Below are positions 23,849-36,500 of a stretch of 64,000 bases of DNA, piece by piece. The notes beneath the pieces are model-generated. The model did not search any database, was not told the origin of the DNA, and saw only the letters and a program-made list of their open reading frames with translations. A program made the translations under genes and the position numbers. How positions within the stretch are numbered: the first letter of the stretch is position 1; each line of letters starts with the position of its first letter. Source of the stretch: Saccostrea cucullata (lineage: Eukaryota); assembly GCF_032062105.1 (NCBI RefSeq), contig NW_026929454.1, forward strand, positions 62,001 through 126,000, given 5' to 3'.

Positions 23849-25074
23849 TGTATCTCTTTTTTATCAAAAGCCTCAAAACAACATGTCTTCAATTACTGTA
23901 TATATATACGCATACTTACTATCATTAAAATGTAACTTGAGAAAATTTTACCCTGTAATTTTAACCAAAGTAGGACTTTAAAATGTAGATGTTTTATCGA
24001 TTATGAAGACTTGTGTCAAAAAGAGATGGGGGAGGGGTAAAACGTGTTATTAAGTTATTTCTGATTTCTGTTTTGCCAGAGGACAAATATCTTTTTTTCC
24101 TTTCATAAGGTTAAGGTCATAAAGAAATTGTAGTAACGTTCAACTACAGATAAGCATCCATAACACTAGAGGGGAGGTGTCCAGGGGTATTATTTGTCTT
24201 TATTGATGCATCTTAATCTTATGCCATGTTCTTTCTTTAATTGTTTTCCTTTTTCGTCAGAATAAATTGATAGTGTTGTCATCAGCATATAGTGGCCATT
24301 GTATTCAGTTTGTGTTACCAAAAAATTCCAGTGGTACCGTTGTATTCAATTCCGGAATGTTATAGAATTAAGTCAAAGGTAACAGTGGAATAACTGCCGA
24401 TGTTTTCCTGATCTCTCGATGAACGGGCATAAAAAGCGATAGTTTCTGCTTTTAATTTAAGAAAATAATCATAAAACGGCACTTTCATCAAAGACACATA
24501 TTAATTGGGTATCACACCATAAATTAACTTTGTTAAGTATAAAAGAACTAAATATCTTTCTTTCGTCTTGTATATATTCATTCCTTTGCAAACTACGCAA
24601 TCCTCTCAATTCCCTATCCTTTACAAACTTTGTTTTTCCTCAGATACTTATCGAGAGAGTCTAGTGTGAATTTTTTAGCTCACGTAGCAATATCCACACA
24701 ACGAAGAGTGTTGTCATAACCATGTAAGATCTGAAAGGAAGGACGGTGGTTTAAAATGATTTTTTATCCTTCTTATTAACCAAAGGCTTTTGTAAATATT
24801 TTACAAGTACATAAATTTTAGGAATTGCCAAGAAAAAACCCCAAAAAATTTTTTTCATGAATGATGTCTTTATAGAACCTTTATGTAGTAATAAGAAATA
24901 AACTTAAGTTAACTAACGTTCACATTTTGTTCAAAACAAACATCTTGCTAGCACCGATTTTACGATAAAAAAGATTCAAAACTAAGTCTTTTCACTAAAG
25001 CAATGTAAGCGTTTTAGAGTAAAAGAAAACACTCGTGGCCATCGACTTAAGATTTAGATCTGATGGCAATACCA

Positions 25075-25220
25075 AATATTCTGGTGAACTTGAGATAAAA
25101 GATACCACAGAGTCTATGATAAACGTAATGACTTTATTTTTTTCCATCTTCAACTTCCCTTAGTTATGCAGCAATATATATTCCTAACCTGGATATGGAG
25201 TCTATATATCACCGTTGATT
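25075..25220 (+). mobile_element. Naiad-type PLE RT fragment
   Basis: CTGGTGAACTTGAGATAAAAGATACCACAGAGTC...CAACTTCCCT...TTATGCAGCAATATA. Confidence 0.7.
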
Positions 25221-25909
25221 TGTATGTACTACAACATTTTAGCATTTATAATGAAAAAGAAACTAACTAAGCATTGAAAACATTCTAAAGTGAGTATGTT
25301 GCTGCACTCCTGTTTTTTGTCACACAGTGAAAGGATAAAAATTTGATATCATTTTCACAATTTGACAGAATATCACCATTCTGCAATAATTGAATATGCA
25401 TTGAATTGAAATAATAAGCCAAATGAAGTTTGTTTATTATGTTGATATAATCATATAATTAAAAATATATTTATATTTAAAAGTTTTTCTGCGCCAAGTC
25501 AGACATAGTAGTTTACTAGTAAGTACTGAGCTTGTTCATGTTTACATCTAGATCATATATTATACATGTAATCAATATGTCCTCGAGTAAATTAATAAGT
25601 GATTTATAAGTATTATAAAATATGTGGAAATACGGGTGCCTCTTGGGAAAAGGAAGAAAAACAATAGATAGTATGCCCATTTTGAGGCAATTGGGTCCCA
25701 CTTTGAAATCATTCATCTTTTTAAAAAGGGAAATTAAAGTTATAATTCTGTCATTTAACATCGGGTTCGATGCCAACCAACTTTCTAATATTTTCAATCA
25801 AAAGTGAGACTGGAAATAAATGGAAAGGATACGCATATTTTATTTTTAGTCAGTAATCAGAACTTATATTATCTTTATGTTACTTCAATCAAATTTGGTT
25901 TGAATTAGA

Positions 25910-26060
25910 TGTCTTGTTTAAAGTCATCATTTCTTTGGTCAGTACAATGGCCTAGTCAGAAAATACAATTTATCATTATTTCAAATGCTAACAGACGTTT
26001 TTATTATAGTAACTGGTAGGTCATTATATGCACACTGAATTGTTGACGGATTTTTCCGTT
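25910..26060 (+). mobile_element. Naiad-type PLE 3' fragment
   Basis: GTCTTGTTTAAAGTCATCATT...AAATACAATTTATCATT...CACTGAATT...GACGGATTTTTCCGTT. Confidence 0.65.
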
Positions 26061-26344
26061 ACCCTTAACAAAAATCAACTATAGTTAATTAGTTAACTAT
26101 AATTATAATTATAACCATACCTTTGATGCTTTTATTCACTATGAAACTTTTTGGGAGATTTGGAGCATTCATTTTTTTCTTTGATAACAAACGAATGATG
26201 ATATTTTCGGGGGGGGGGGGGGGGGATTAATATACAAGAACTAGTTCTTATTTATATCAGAAAAAAAAAACATAAATATGAAATTCCTATTAAATATACT
26301 TTGAATATAGTGAAAATTTTGTTTTACTACAAGTCAAACTCCGA

Positions 26345-26530
26345 TTGTAAAGGTCAAGATGTCGAAGTTGTTTATTCCCCAAAGGAAGGATTTTTTAACA
26401 AGGAATATACCCATGAAGTATGAAAGTCATCGTTGTAACTGTTCATAAGGTATGACCAAGGTTAAAGTTCTTTAAAAATGGGTTAAAGTCTAAGGTCAAA
26501 CATCTTTATACGCACTAAAAGGTCTTTATA
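26345..26530. repeat. Helentron-associated core-repeat fragment; related piece with GACA/GACG microsatellite at ~60720-60880
   Basis: AAGGTCAAG...ACAAGGAATATACCCATGAAGTATGAAAG...GTTATGACCAAGGTTAAAGTT pattern, typical of bivalve HINE repeats. Confidence 0.45.
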
Positions 26531-27411
26531 CCAAAAAAGATGTGTGCCTTGACAATTTGATTTCCAAACTAAAAATTGCTGTATTTAACTGCAAATTTGA
26601 AAGAGAGAATTCTTGTTAGTCGTTTTCTTAAGACATTTTAACAAAGATAATAATCCTACTCTGACAAAAAATGTATTTAAAAATACATTGATAGTTTTAT
26701 TTCAAAAATAAAAAGGATGTAATATTTTACTACAAAAGTTCAGAGAAATGATTTTTACTACTCAATAAGTATATCGATTAACTGTATATTTTCAAACAAT
26801 GCATTATAAGTAACAGGTTGCCTAAAATTTAAACACGCAACCTCCTACTGCAGAAAAAAATATAATTAACACGAGCTTCCTCAGTTGTACGATGACTATA
26901 AATCTGTTTGAGGGGAATATAGAATGAAATAGCATACAAACATTTAAAACTCAAATTTACTAATCCAATCTGTTCTTGTATCATCTTTTAAACGGTAATT
27001 TTTAAAAAGGAGAGATTAAGAAAGTACTTGTTCTTTGATTTAAATCAAGAACTTTCTAGAATGATGAATCGATTTGGAAGTAAAGGAATGGGAGAAGTGA
27101 TGTCTTTGTATAAAAAAAAATATTTTTCCAGTATGAAAAGAAAGCAACAAAGAATTAAAAAAATATGGCTATTCAAAGAAGTTTTACTCGATACAAAGTA
27201 ATCGATAAATATTTAAACCAAAATCACAGATAATTTAACAGGTTGCTGAAATAAATTACTAAATTTCAAACATAAATGAAAAATCCCTTAATGAATAACA
27301 CTTTGACAACTGTTGACTTTTACCTTGCACCAGTATACACTGAAACATCACATAAAGCACACGAATTTCAATGACTTCATATGCTTTTATATATGATAGA
27401 ACTCTCAGCAA

Positions 27412-27540
27412 TTTCGTTCAAAGTAATCATTTCGTAAGTTCTATGGTCGATACAATGACCTTGTCAGCAAATACAATTTATCATTGAGTCTAATACTGAT
27501 CGACGATTGTTAGGCCATTATTTATACATTAAATTGACAC
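27412..27540 (+). mobile_element. Naiad-type PLE 3' fragment
   Basis: TTCGTAAGTTCTATGGTCGATACAATGACCTTGTCAGCAAATACAAT. Confidence 0.75.
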
Positions 27541-29075
27541 CCCATCATAACAAATGAGCTGTCTTTGATATTATAGAAATTAAAATCACTAACAGGAAAT
27601 TCACCTCTTTTTTCTGCTTATAGTGTCTTTGTCTTCTTACAATGACAATGATTTAATTGTCGTCATTAGTTTTGAGTACAAGAAAAAGATGAACATTTGC
27701 ATATTAAAACGGATTATAAAGCTGATACAATTATCTTGTATATAAATGTATTTATTTAGATATACCCGGCAATTTTAGACTTTTTAATGCCACTAAAGTA
27801 TTAAAGGTATGTCTTACCTCTGATGCAGAATGATTCTTTTTTGCTTTATTTTGTTTTCATGGCCTCAGTGCCTTCAGTTATAATACCGAAATGGAATAAC
27901 TGGCTAAAAATCAGCTTTTTTTGTTATAAAAAAACTCTATCATTATAAGAAAAAGAAAAAAATTATCCAGACAATTATTGTAGCTAGGCATTAGGAGCCA
28001 AAATTTAAATATATCTTAATTTCAAAGAAGAAATATTTCGATACTGTCGGAATAAATGTTTTATAAAAAGTTTTATAAATTGAAAACAGTGAGGGAGAAA
28101 CTTCAGGAGTACTGTACAGTGAGAGGTGGTGTTAATCAGACGTGGATACTAAAAACTCCAGGGAACATTTAGAAAAATTGAAATCACTAAATTTTACAAA
28201 ACCAAAAGCATCAAAATGAATGAATTTTCAACAAATAATACAATAATTTTCCTTTATACAATAATTTTCTGTTATAAACATAGTCCAGGCTCTTTTGACA
28301 ACTTAGATAACTGCTTTTTAATGGATATACTAGTAGTTAATGTGCATACTTTGTTATTGGTCATCTGCAGAATTATTTAAAAAAAAAAAACATCCTGATT
28401 CTGTAGACGTGTACCCCTAGGGTAATATAATAAATATGCTTGAGTTTATTAGAGACAATATATATGAAAGTTTTAGACATCAAGTTTTCCAACAATTTTG
28501 CAAATTGTATTCAGACACATCTGTTTCATATATTTATTTTGAATATTTTACTCGTGAAAGATATAAACGGCAACCTAACGACACTTAGTCACCTATTTAC
28601 GTAATTACACCATTATTACCTCCTTATGGTGTTTATGTCTCTAAATTGATTCAATGCGCAAGAGCATATTCCATGATTTCAAAATCAGGTAAGCTATTGA
28701 CAAATGAGTTGACAAGGATATAAATAATCTCGTTTGAAGTCTTGCAGATATGTAAATGACATGTGCTCTATCAACATAAATAAGTTGTGAAACATAACAT
28801 GTTTTCAATGAGCATCTGTCATGCACCCTACAAAAAGATATGGCTAAATGCTTGGACATTAGATCGAGCAAAGAAACCGATTGTTAAAGGATTCATTTTT
28901 TTTCTGGTTAATTTTCATCAATGAAAGAAAGAACTAAAGGTACTGTGTGCCCCATCCTCTTATACGAATATAATGGTAGACTTGGGATACCCAAAACATG
29001 AGTCGGATAAAAACGTAAAGTAGGCAGTGCAAAATTAGACAGTGTAAAAAGATTTTGTGAAATTCTTATCAAATT

Positions 29076-30380
29076 TACGAAAGCCCAGAAGGCTCATTCG
29101 AGATTCAATTTTCGAAATTCAAGATCCAAACTAACCAATCAAAAGTGGGTTCAACATTTGATTACTCCCCTTTGTTATGTTTTTACCATCAAGAAATCGT
29201 TGAATATATTTATAACAAATGGATCATTTGCTAAAATGTTAATGCAAGAAAAAATATTTTATGTATTAAAACGAAATAAAAAATAAAATTTGGATTACAT
29301 TAATACGAATAATACATATATAATTTTATTTTTCTCATTAAACAAAATAGTAAATTAAGTTAATACGTATATATGGAATATTATATGGTCTTATCGTTAA
29401 CTCGCGGAAGAAGTAGGTCGACCTTCTTTTTTTTTTAATCAGATAATTGTTGAGGGAGAATATTAATTTTGATTATAATTAAATTTAAAATACTAGTATT
29501 ATGAATCGTCTCTACACTGCACAGTAATTCAAGGGTATATATTTCATTACATTCATAAAGGGTACATTTGTGCTGTGAGACTTGGCTGCTGAATCAAACG
29601 TAGATTTATAAGGTTTCACAAGTATATTTTAGTCTTTGGTCATAACGGTGTCAGAGACTAAAATTTAAAACCATAACACTTTAGTTCTGCATCTGATTTC
29701 GACTCATCTACTATTGAAATAAGATAAAATAAATGCCGCATTTATTTTAATTCATATTGCCTATTTGTATTGTATATGTAATTTTTAATTAATTTAAGAA
29801 ATCAAAGCCTTAGATAAAGATAAGTAATTAAATATTTAACTTTTATGCATTTCCACTATCAGGAAAACGAACGCGGTTTTTGTTTTTCAATACTACGTCG
29901 CCTTTCAAGTTTTACAAATTGACATTTTCAGTGTGTTTGGAAAAATAAGCAGTGTGTAGGGGTGGGGTTATTGTTAATCTTTGGACACTTGACACTTATT
30001 TATATCTTTTCTTATATTTCATCAACCAAACCTGGAAACAAACTAGATAATACAAAAATGTACATACTCCTGATATATGTATTCTATTCAATGCTTAAGA
30101 AGCCATAATATAAATTGAAGTATATCTTGCTGATCAAAAAATCCAATAATTATTTAAATTTCCTTCTAATGTATATATTTAATCAAATGACTCATTTGTT
30201 ATAAATATATTAAACGATTTCTTGATAGTAAAACCATAATAAAGAGGAGTAATCAAATGTTTAACCCGCTTTTGATTGGTTAATCTGGATCTCGAAACTC
30301 GAATTTCGAATCTCGTATTTCGAATCTCGAATTTCGTATTTCGAACCTCGAATCTCGAATGAGCCTTCTGGGCTTTCGTA
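29076..30380. mobile_element. Non-autonomous DNA transposon, ~1.3 kb, ~155-195-bp TIRs, TA termini
   Basis: TACGAAAGCCCAGAAGGCTCATTCGAGA... mirrored by ...TCTCGAATGAGCCTTCTGGGCTTTCGTA. The right TIR has an expanded 7-bp (TCGAATY)n array at ~30290-30360. Confidence 0.85.
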
Positions 30381-30545
30381 CAATTTTCATATAGTGATAT
30401 AAGATGAGTTCGGATAAGAGATGCCAAAGCGTAACAGTCGGACGGAGGCACGTACAGACAGACTTACATTACACAACTAAAGATCGAAGCTGAGGTTACG
30501 TAACTTAGATCCAGCATGATGCAAATGAAAACAATTCTAGATTCT

Positions 30546-33500
30546 TTATTTTGAAACATAGTAGATATTTTTCGGATAGTTAAACATATGACTTTTTCTG
30601 TATGGGCATTCCCTGATGAAGAAACCACGAATACCTCCCATTCTGAAAACGAAAAAAATGTACTTCAGGTATTCAAACTTTAAAATTCTTAATAATCTTT
30701 ATATCAATAATCAAAACGTTTATCACTTGGGTTATAATTAACCAGAATAGATACTATACCAACCCGTTTGAAATTGGCTTTCTTCCTGTAACTAAATATC
30801 CTGGACCAAATGGTGATACAAAATTTTCTGTCGTTCGGAACCATATTTTACATTCATTGTCATTGTAGGAAGCTCCAAACACTATATAAATAGAGGAGAC
30901 GCATTTGGAATTGTGTTCAATTAATAGAAATACTTTCAAAAAATGATAAGTCAATAAAAATACAACCAGAATTTCTGAAATAGGATTCACTGAACGTGGT
31001 GTTCCATGCTAATATCATAACAAAAAGTGTAGTAAATTTAAAAATCAAACAGATATAATCCTGATCTTTATATTAAAAACTTAGGCTGAGAATGAAACTA
31101 ATCATTTTTAGCTTTGATACATATTTAGGATATTTTTCAAAACAAATGTAGTACGACATAGTAGTTTTTATGTCATTTTTTCAAGTACAGAATGACTAAA
31201 GTCGATGACAATTTTTGCGCAAACAACAGCATTGGAAGGATTTTTCACACACTGTTAATCTTACTTTTCGAATGGCTACATGTGTCAACAAGATATCTAA
31301 AAAAAATCTTTAACATATTCTAATAACATTTTTAAAAAAAAAAGAGTATTCGCAATGCAGTTTAGTTGATCGAGATGTATTAACGCAGGAAACAAAGTTT
31401 AAAAAGTAAGAATAGAAAGGGAATGAAATAATGCAGATCCAAGCTTGTTTAATTTGTAATTGACAGGGACATTTGCAAATACAATTAAAAGCTGCATAAA
31501 AAAACATTACTAAAAAAGAAAACAAGATACGCTGTAGACAAAACGGGAATGCTTTGATATTAAACCTCTTCGTAACAGATGCAATTTTCTACACCAATTA
31601 AAGGGAGCTTCTAGCAGCTACATGTACGAACCAGAACAGCAAATAACCCTTCTCTGTCCCGCGTCAGAGTTGATCCCATTGAAATAGTTTTTCTGTGGGC
31701 AAACAAACGCTTCAAATGCACCAGCGTCTTGAAGAAGAATAAAATAATATTGAAAATGAGAAATAAGTCGTATTATAAGTTTTAAACTGAGTACTGGGAA
31801 ATATGCATATTTCTATTTTCAGTATATGAAAAGTTGTGTCTAAGATGGAATCAGATTTATGTTTGTCTCTTCTATCTATTCGATTTTTTTTCTTCGTTTG
31901 AGATTTTATTTGGACTTACTGAAAATGGCACATTGTTTTACTTTTCCTGGTGGAGGGAGACATAATGAACCGAAAAAAGACGTTGGATCGCCGCCTCGAA
32001 ACACAAGTGGTCCTTTGTCCGTACAGTTTATATTTGAACGTTGAACAGAAATAGGTTCAGTATTTTCTACAATGAATTATGTCTCTGTAGAAAGAGTCAA
32101 CAGTCAAACAAAGCTGGAATAGCTAATTCAAGTTTAGCTTAGATCGGCGAGCTAGCACCGAAGCAATTTTTAAACAGAAAGGAAGGTTTGTGAAAGACTG
32201 GTTTATTTTGCAGTTTTCTTTAATGTTTAACGAGGCTGGAGTCTGAAAAATAGAGTTATTATGTAAATTATGTAAACCAAATAGCTTTGAATCCACACCA
32301 ATGGCCGATAAAGAATCAAGTAATATTTCACGTGCCCTGGTGTAAGAAATAGGCTTGTTGATATTACAAAGCCTGTGACAATTAGCTGATTTGAAATAAC
32401 GTACAGATCTAAAAATGAAATCGTCTGGTTTTCCTGATATTCCAGCTAACTGTAAATAATGTTTTGCCCAAAACACAGGACATGTAGCATTACCTGTACT
32501 TGCAATGAGAACATCATTACCTCGTCTATAAACGTCAGTTTTGCTGCTTTCAATATGTAAACACATGTAAAAATCATGAAAAGAAATATTTCTAACTCTT
32601 AAATTCGCAAGTTCATTAAATCTTAAAAACCCCGCAAATCCCATCAGAAACATAGCACACACTCTTACACTTAATAAGTCATTTTTTTGACTGACATCAT
32701 CGTATTTGTTTATGATCTGCTCCAAAATTTCGGGCGTAATAGGTTCCTTCTTCTGAATCGGCTTACTAAGGATTCTTTTTCCTCCTTCCATAACCATATG
32801 CAGAATTTTTGTATCACACGGATTAATGCACACATTGAAATCATGGAACCACTTAATACTGTAAAAATAAGCTGATAACACTGATTCTGATACCGACTGT
32901 TGCACGAGACTGCTAAGAAATACGGCTACCGTACTCACTGCCGCGGGTAAATGAGAAAGACCATGATCTGAACACCAGGTCCTGAACTTTTTAAAATATA
33001 TGTCGAACATTTTATTTAAACTATCACTCTGCCCTTTCCTGATTATGTGCTGAATATTTGATGCTGCTGAATAAAATCTGCTGTCCATTTGCATTTCCTG
33101 AATGTTTGTCAAAACACTGCGTACCTAGGGAAAAAAAAATGAAACCACCGTCATATCCAAATACATGCATATCAAAATAATAATTTCATCACCCAAAAAC
33201 TGTCGTGTTTTTTAAACAATTAGTCAAATCTTTTGCACATGATGCTTAATTTTTTGCACATGGTGCCTTACTAATAAATTAGTTCATACAAACTTTGCAC
33301 ATGGTGCATGAATTTTTATTGTACATTGAACTGCACATGGTGCTCAAATTTTATACTTTTCAGGATGTTCCAAAATTTACTTTCAAAACCAGTACATTAC
33401 TCTGAAATTTTTCTGATGCAAAAATACCGTTTTTATCTGAACCAGCTGTGAGAAAATTTGTAGGATTTTTATATTCAAAATACTTCAGCACAAAATCGTG

Positions 33501-36500
33501 AAATTTATTTTTCCTTTCATTCCCATCGGCCAATACAAAGCGGATTTCCATTTTGGAATGATTAACGTACCAAATGCTTTACATATTTGCATATGAGTAA
33601 TAACTTTGCATATCAAAACAGGTGGGGGCACAATCCAACAATTATCGTCAGCCCAATTTTGTGCAAATGCATCAACCCCTGAAGATCCGGGGAGTCCAAA
33701 ATCTAGAATAAAATTTTTTAACTTTTCTATTCTTACTATCTGCAAATAAATCACAGGTATACTCTCGCCATACTTCATTAAAAAATTTAAAAATTCTGTT
33801 TGAAACTCCCCAATCATCATAATCATAAATCTTGCTTAAGTCATCTGCATCTGTATTCATAGTTCTAGGAATCCATTCTAACTCTAATTTTATCGAATAC
33901 GCAACACACAAACCAAACATTTCCAAAGCAAGCTGATGCAGCTCGTAGTTCATACTACCCTTAGATGCAATAAGTACTGCATTTTTATTATCTGTATACA
34001 CTTTGACAAGTCTACCCGACAGATAATTTTGCAAACTCTCAATAATCACACAAATAGCTTTTATTTCTCGCCACGTAGAACTTTTTATTTTTTCTGAATC
34101 ACTCCACATGTAATGCACTACCTTTTCATTTTGTTCTAAAGAAAAACCTGCTCCTGCAAAAGAGCTCGCATCCGAAAACAAAACTTTTGCAGGTATTTTT
34201 CTGAACCGTGTAATTTTTTATCTCGGTAAAGTGGCCATATTCTTGTACCAGAAAAGCAATTCAATAATACAGTCACGTGACATATTCAATACACAATCCC
34301 AACCAGTTCTCTTACACAATGCCATGCTCAAGTGTCGTGTCATCAGCTGACAAATACTACCTAAAGTAGGTTTCAATGAAATGACCTTTCCCACAATAGA
34401 ACCGACATTTCGCGCAGTTACTCTACTTACATTATTCACTATCGAAGCAACAACAGAACGAATACTGTCAATTTTTTCATTCGGAACTTCTAAAATGCCA
34501 TCTTTCAGATTCCATACAAATCCTAACCAAATCATTTTGTCTACTGGAACAAACTGCGATTTTTCTATATTAACCTGAAACCCTGAGTGATCTAACGTTT
34601 TCTGTAGAAACGCGGCTATTTCTATACAAGAATTGTAATCAGAGCAAACCCAACCATCATCGAGATAAACTACGATAGGAATGCTATGAGATCTCCAACA
34701 TTTTACCAATACCCTCACAACTTTTGTGAAAATATGCCCTGCAGAAGAAAGCCCAAATGGCAAAACAGTGAATTCAAAATATTTCCTTTTTCCCTGAAAT
34801 TCCCAACTAAACCCTAAATACTTTTGAAATTCGGGATGTACATCTATATGGTGGTAACCCGATTTAAAATCAAATTTTATCATGAATTTTTCTTCTCTAG
34901 CATATAACATAGCTTCCTTAATTCCCTCGAATTTAATTTTTTGCTTCTCAATAAACTGATTAACATGTCTGAGATCTAAAACAAGACGTTTTTTACCAGA
35001 CGCGTTAACAGACACAGTCAAAGGATTAACTACAAAAGATGGTTTTTGAATCTCTCTAACACACCTAGTCTTAATTAGGTCAGAAATAGCTGAGCAAACA
35101 AATTCTGCATGATTTAATGAAGACCTGTTATTTTTTAAAATAATACTATATAGAAGTTCTTTGAAAGGTATAGCATACCCACATCTTATAATATTCAAAA
35201 TAAAACTATTAGCATTAAGCTCGTCATTCCACAAATTTATGCTTTTCTTGAGCTTGGATTTAACACTAACCATCTCAACATTTTTCTCATATTCATATTG
35301 CTCATTTAAATCAAACATATACTCAACTTCACTATTTTCACTGCTTAGAGGTTCCACTTGTGCTTGTAGTTGAGGTTGACAAGGTGGGGATGGGCTGGCC
35401 TTTGAGGTATGGGAAGTCTCTGACCATGTGTCCGACTTGCCGACAGTAGAAACATCCGCCACGATCTCTTTGGAACTGGAATACTGTATTTCCGACCCTT
35501 GAAGCCCCTGTGTTGAATTTTTCGGAGGAATTATACGACTGGCTAAAGCCACAAAAAAAGTCACTGGGCGCAAAACTTCCTCTGCGTCTTTCATACGGTT
35601 TTGCTCTGAAGGATCGTTTTCTTGCAGCACGCCCCACAGCGTAATGAAGCTTAGTGGCATCTTCGGTATTATCTGCCAAAGGGTCATCGAGATACTCGTG
35701 CACGGTATCCCATCCGTGACGGTCAGCGATTTTCAGAATTTTGTTTCTCTGTTGTAGGGCTGTCTTTTCTTCCTTAATAACTGCTGCAGCCTTTGTTAAA
35801 TCAACTTCCTGAATGAGACCTTCAATTTCAGACAACTTAGAAAGTCTATCTTGATTAAACGCGAATTGAATGTTATGCCCCTCATGCTTAAATTCAAATG
35901 CTTGTCCGGACTCAGGCACGTGTGCTGCACTTTTCAAGGCATTACTTTTTCCTAGTTGTTCTGTAAGTCCTGCAATTGTACTCACAATCACATTACTTTG
36001 TTTTTCTAAGGCTTTGTTGAGTGAAGTACTAAACAGCGAAACGGCGTCCTCGTTTGAGAGCCCAACTTCATTACACTCCATTGTATTACTATCCTCCATA
36101 TTTCTTACAATCTTTAAATCCTAGCGAGCAAGCTTAGAGTGCCGTGCTACCGCATGGCCTTACTATTTATACCCTAAATAACCACGTGACTTCAGAAGAA
36201 AACTTTTCGAACACATACCACACATAATTTTAATTGATATGTGGGAATTTGATGGTGGTGTTGAGTAATACTGCATATAAAATTTTACAGTTCGTGGCGG
36301 TATTGAATTCATGGGTCTCCCCATACCTCGAAATCAACGCAAATTCAACTTCCACGAAAATTAGTGATTTCAAGGTACACATTAAATAAACAGACTTCAG
36401 AATCAAACAACGAAGGCCAGTTTTATTCAATTACACAACGAAATCGTTATCGTACAGTCTGTCTACAGTATTTTTTACATAGACCGTGAAATTTGTTTTT

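Larger units (their letters stand above)
32268..36190 (-). mobile_element. DIRS/PAT-group tyrosine-recombinase retrotransposon inside intron 1 of X1; YR truncated
   Basis: gag-like ORF with CFYC..GH knuckle overlapping the RT ORF (YLDD), then RNase H (FSDAS, WREIKA, TDN), methyltransferase-like domain (DLFA...VDAF...PP) and YR (GFLRFNEL, SKTD, GLH then break). Confidence 0.92.

Noticed and set aside
30179-30451. ORF with repeated RFEIRNT peptide
   Set aside because: It is a translation of the 7-bp tandem array inside a transposon TIR.
31985-32000. Integrin-binding RGD motif in the X proteins
   Set aside because: The sequence is RGGD in both paralogs, not RGD.
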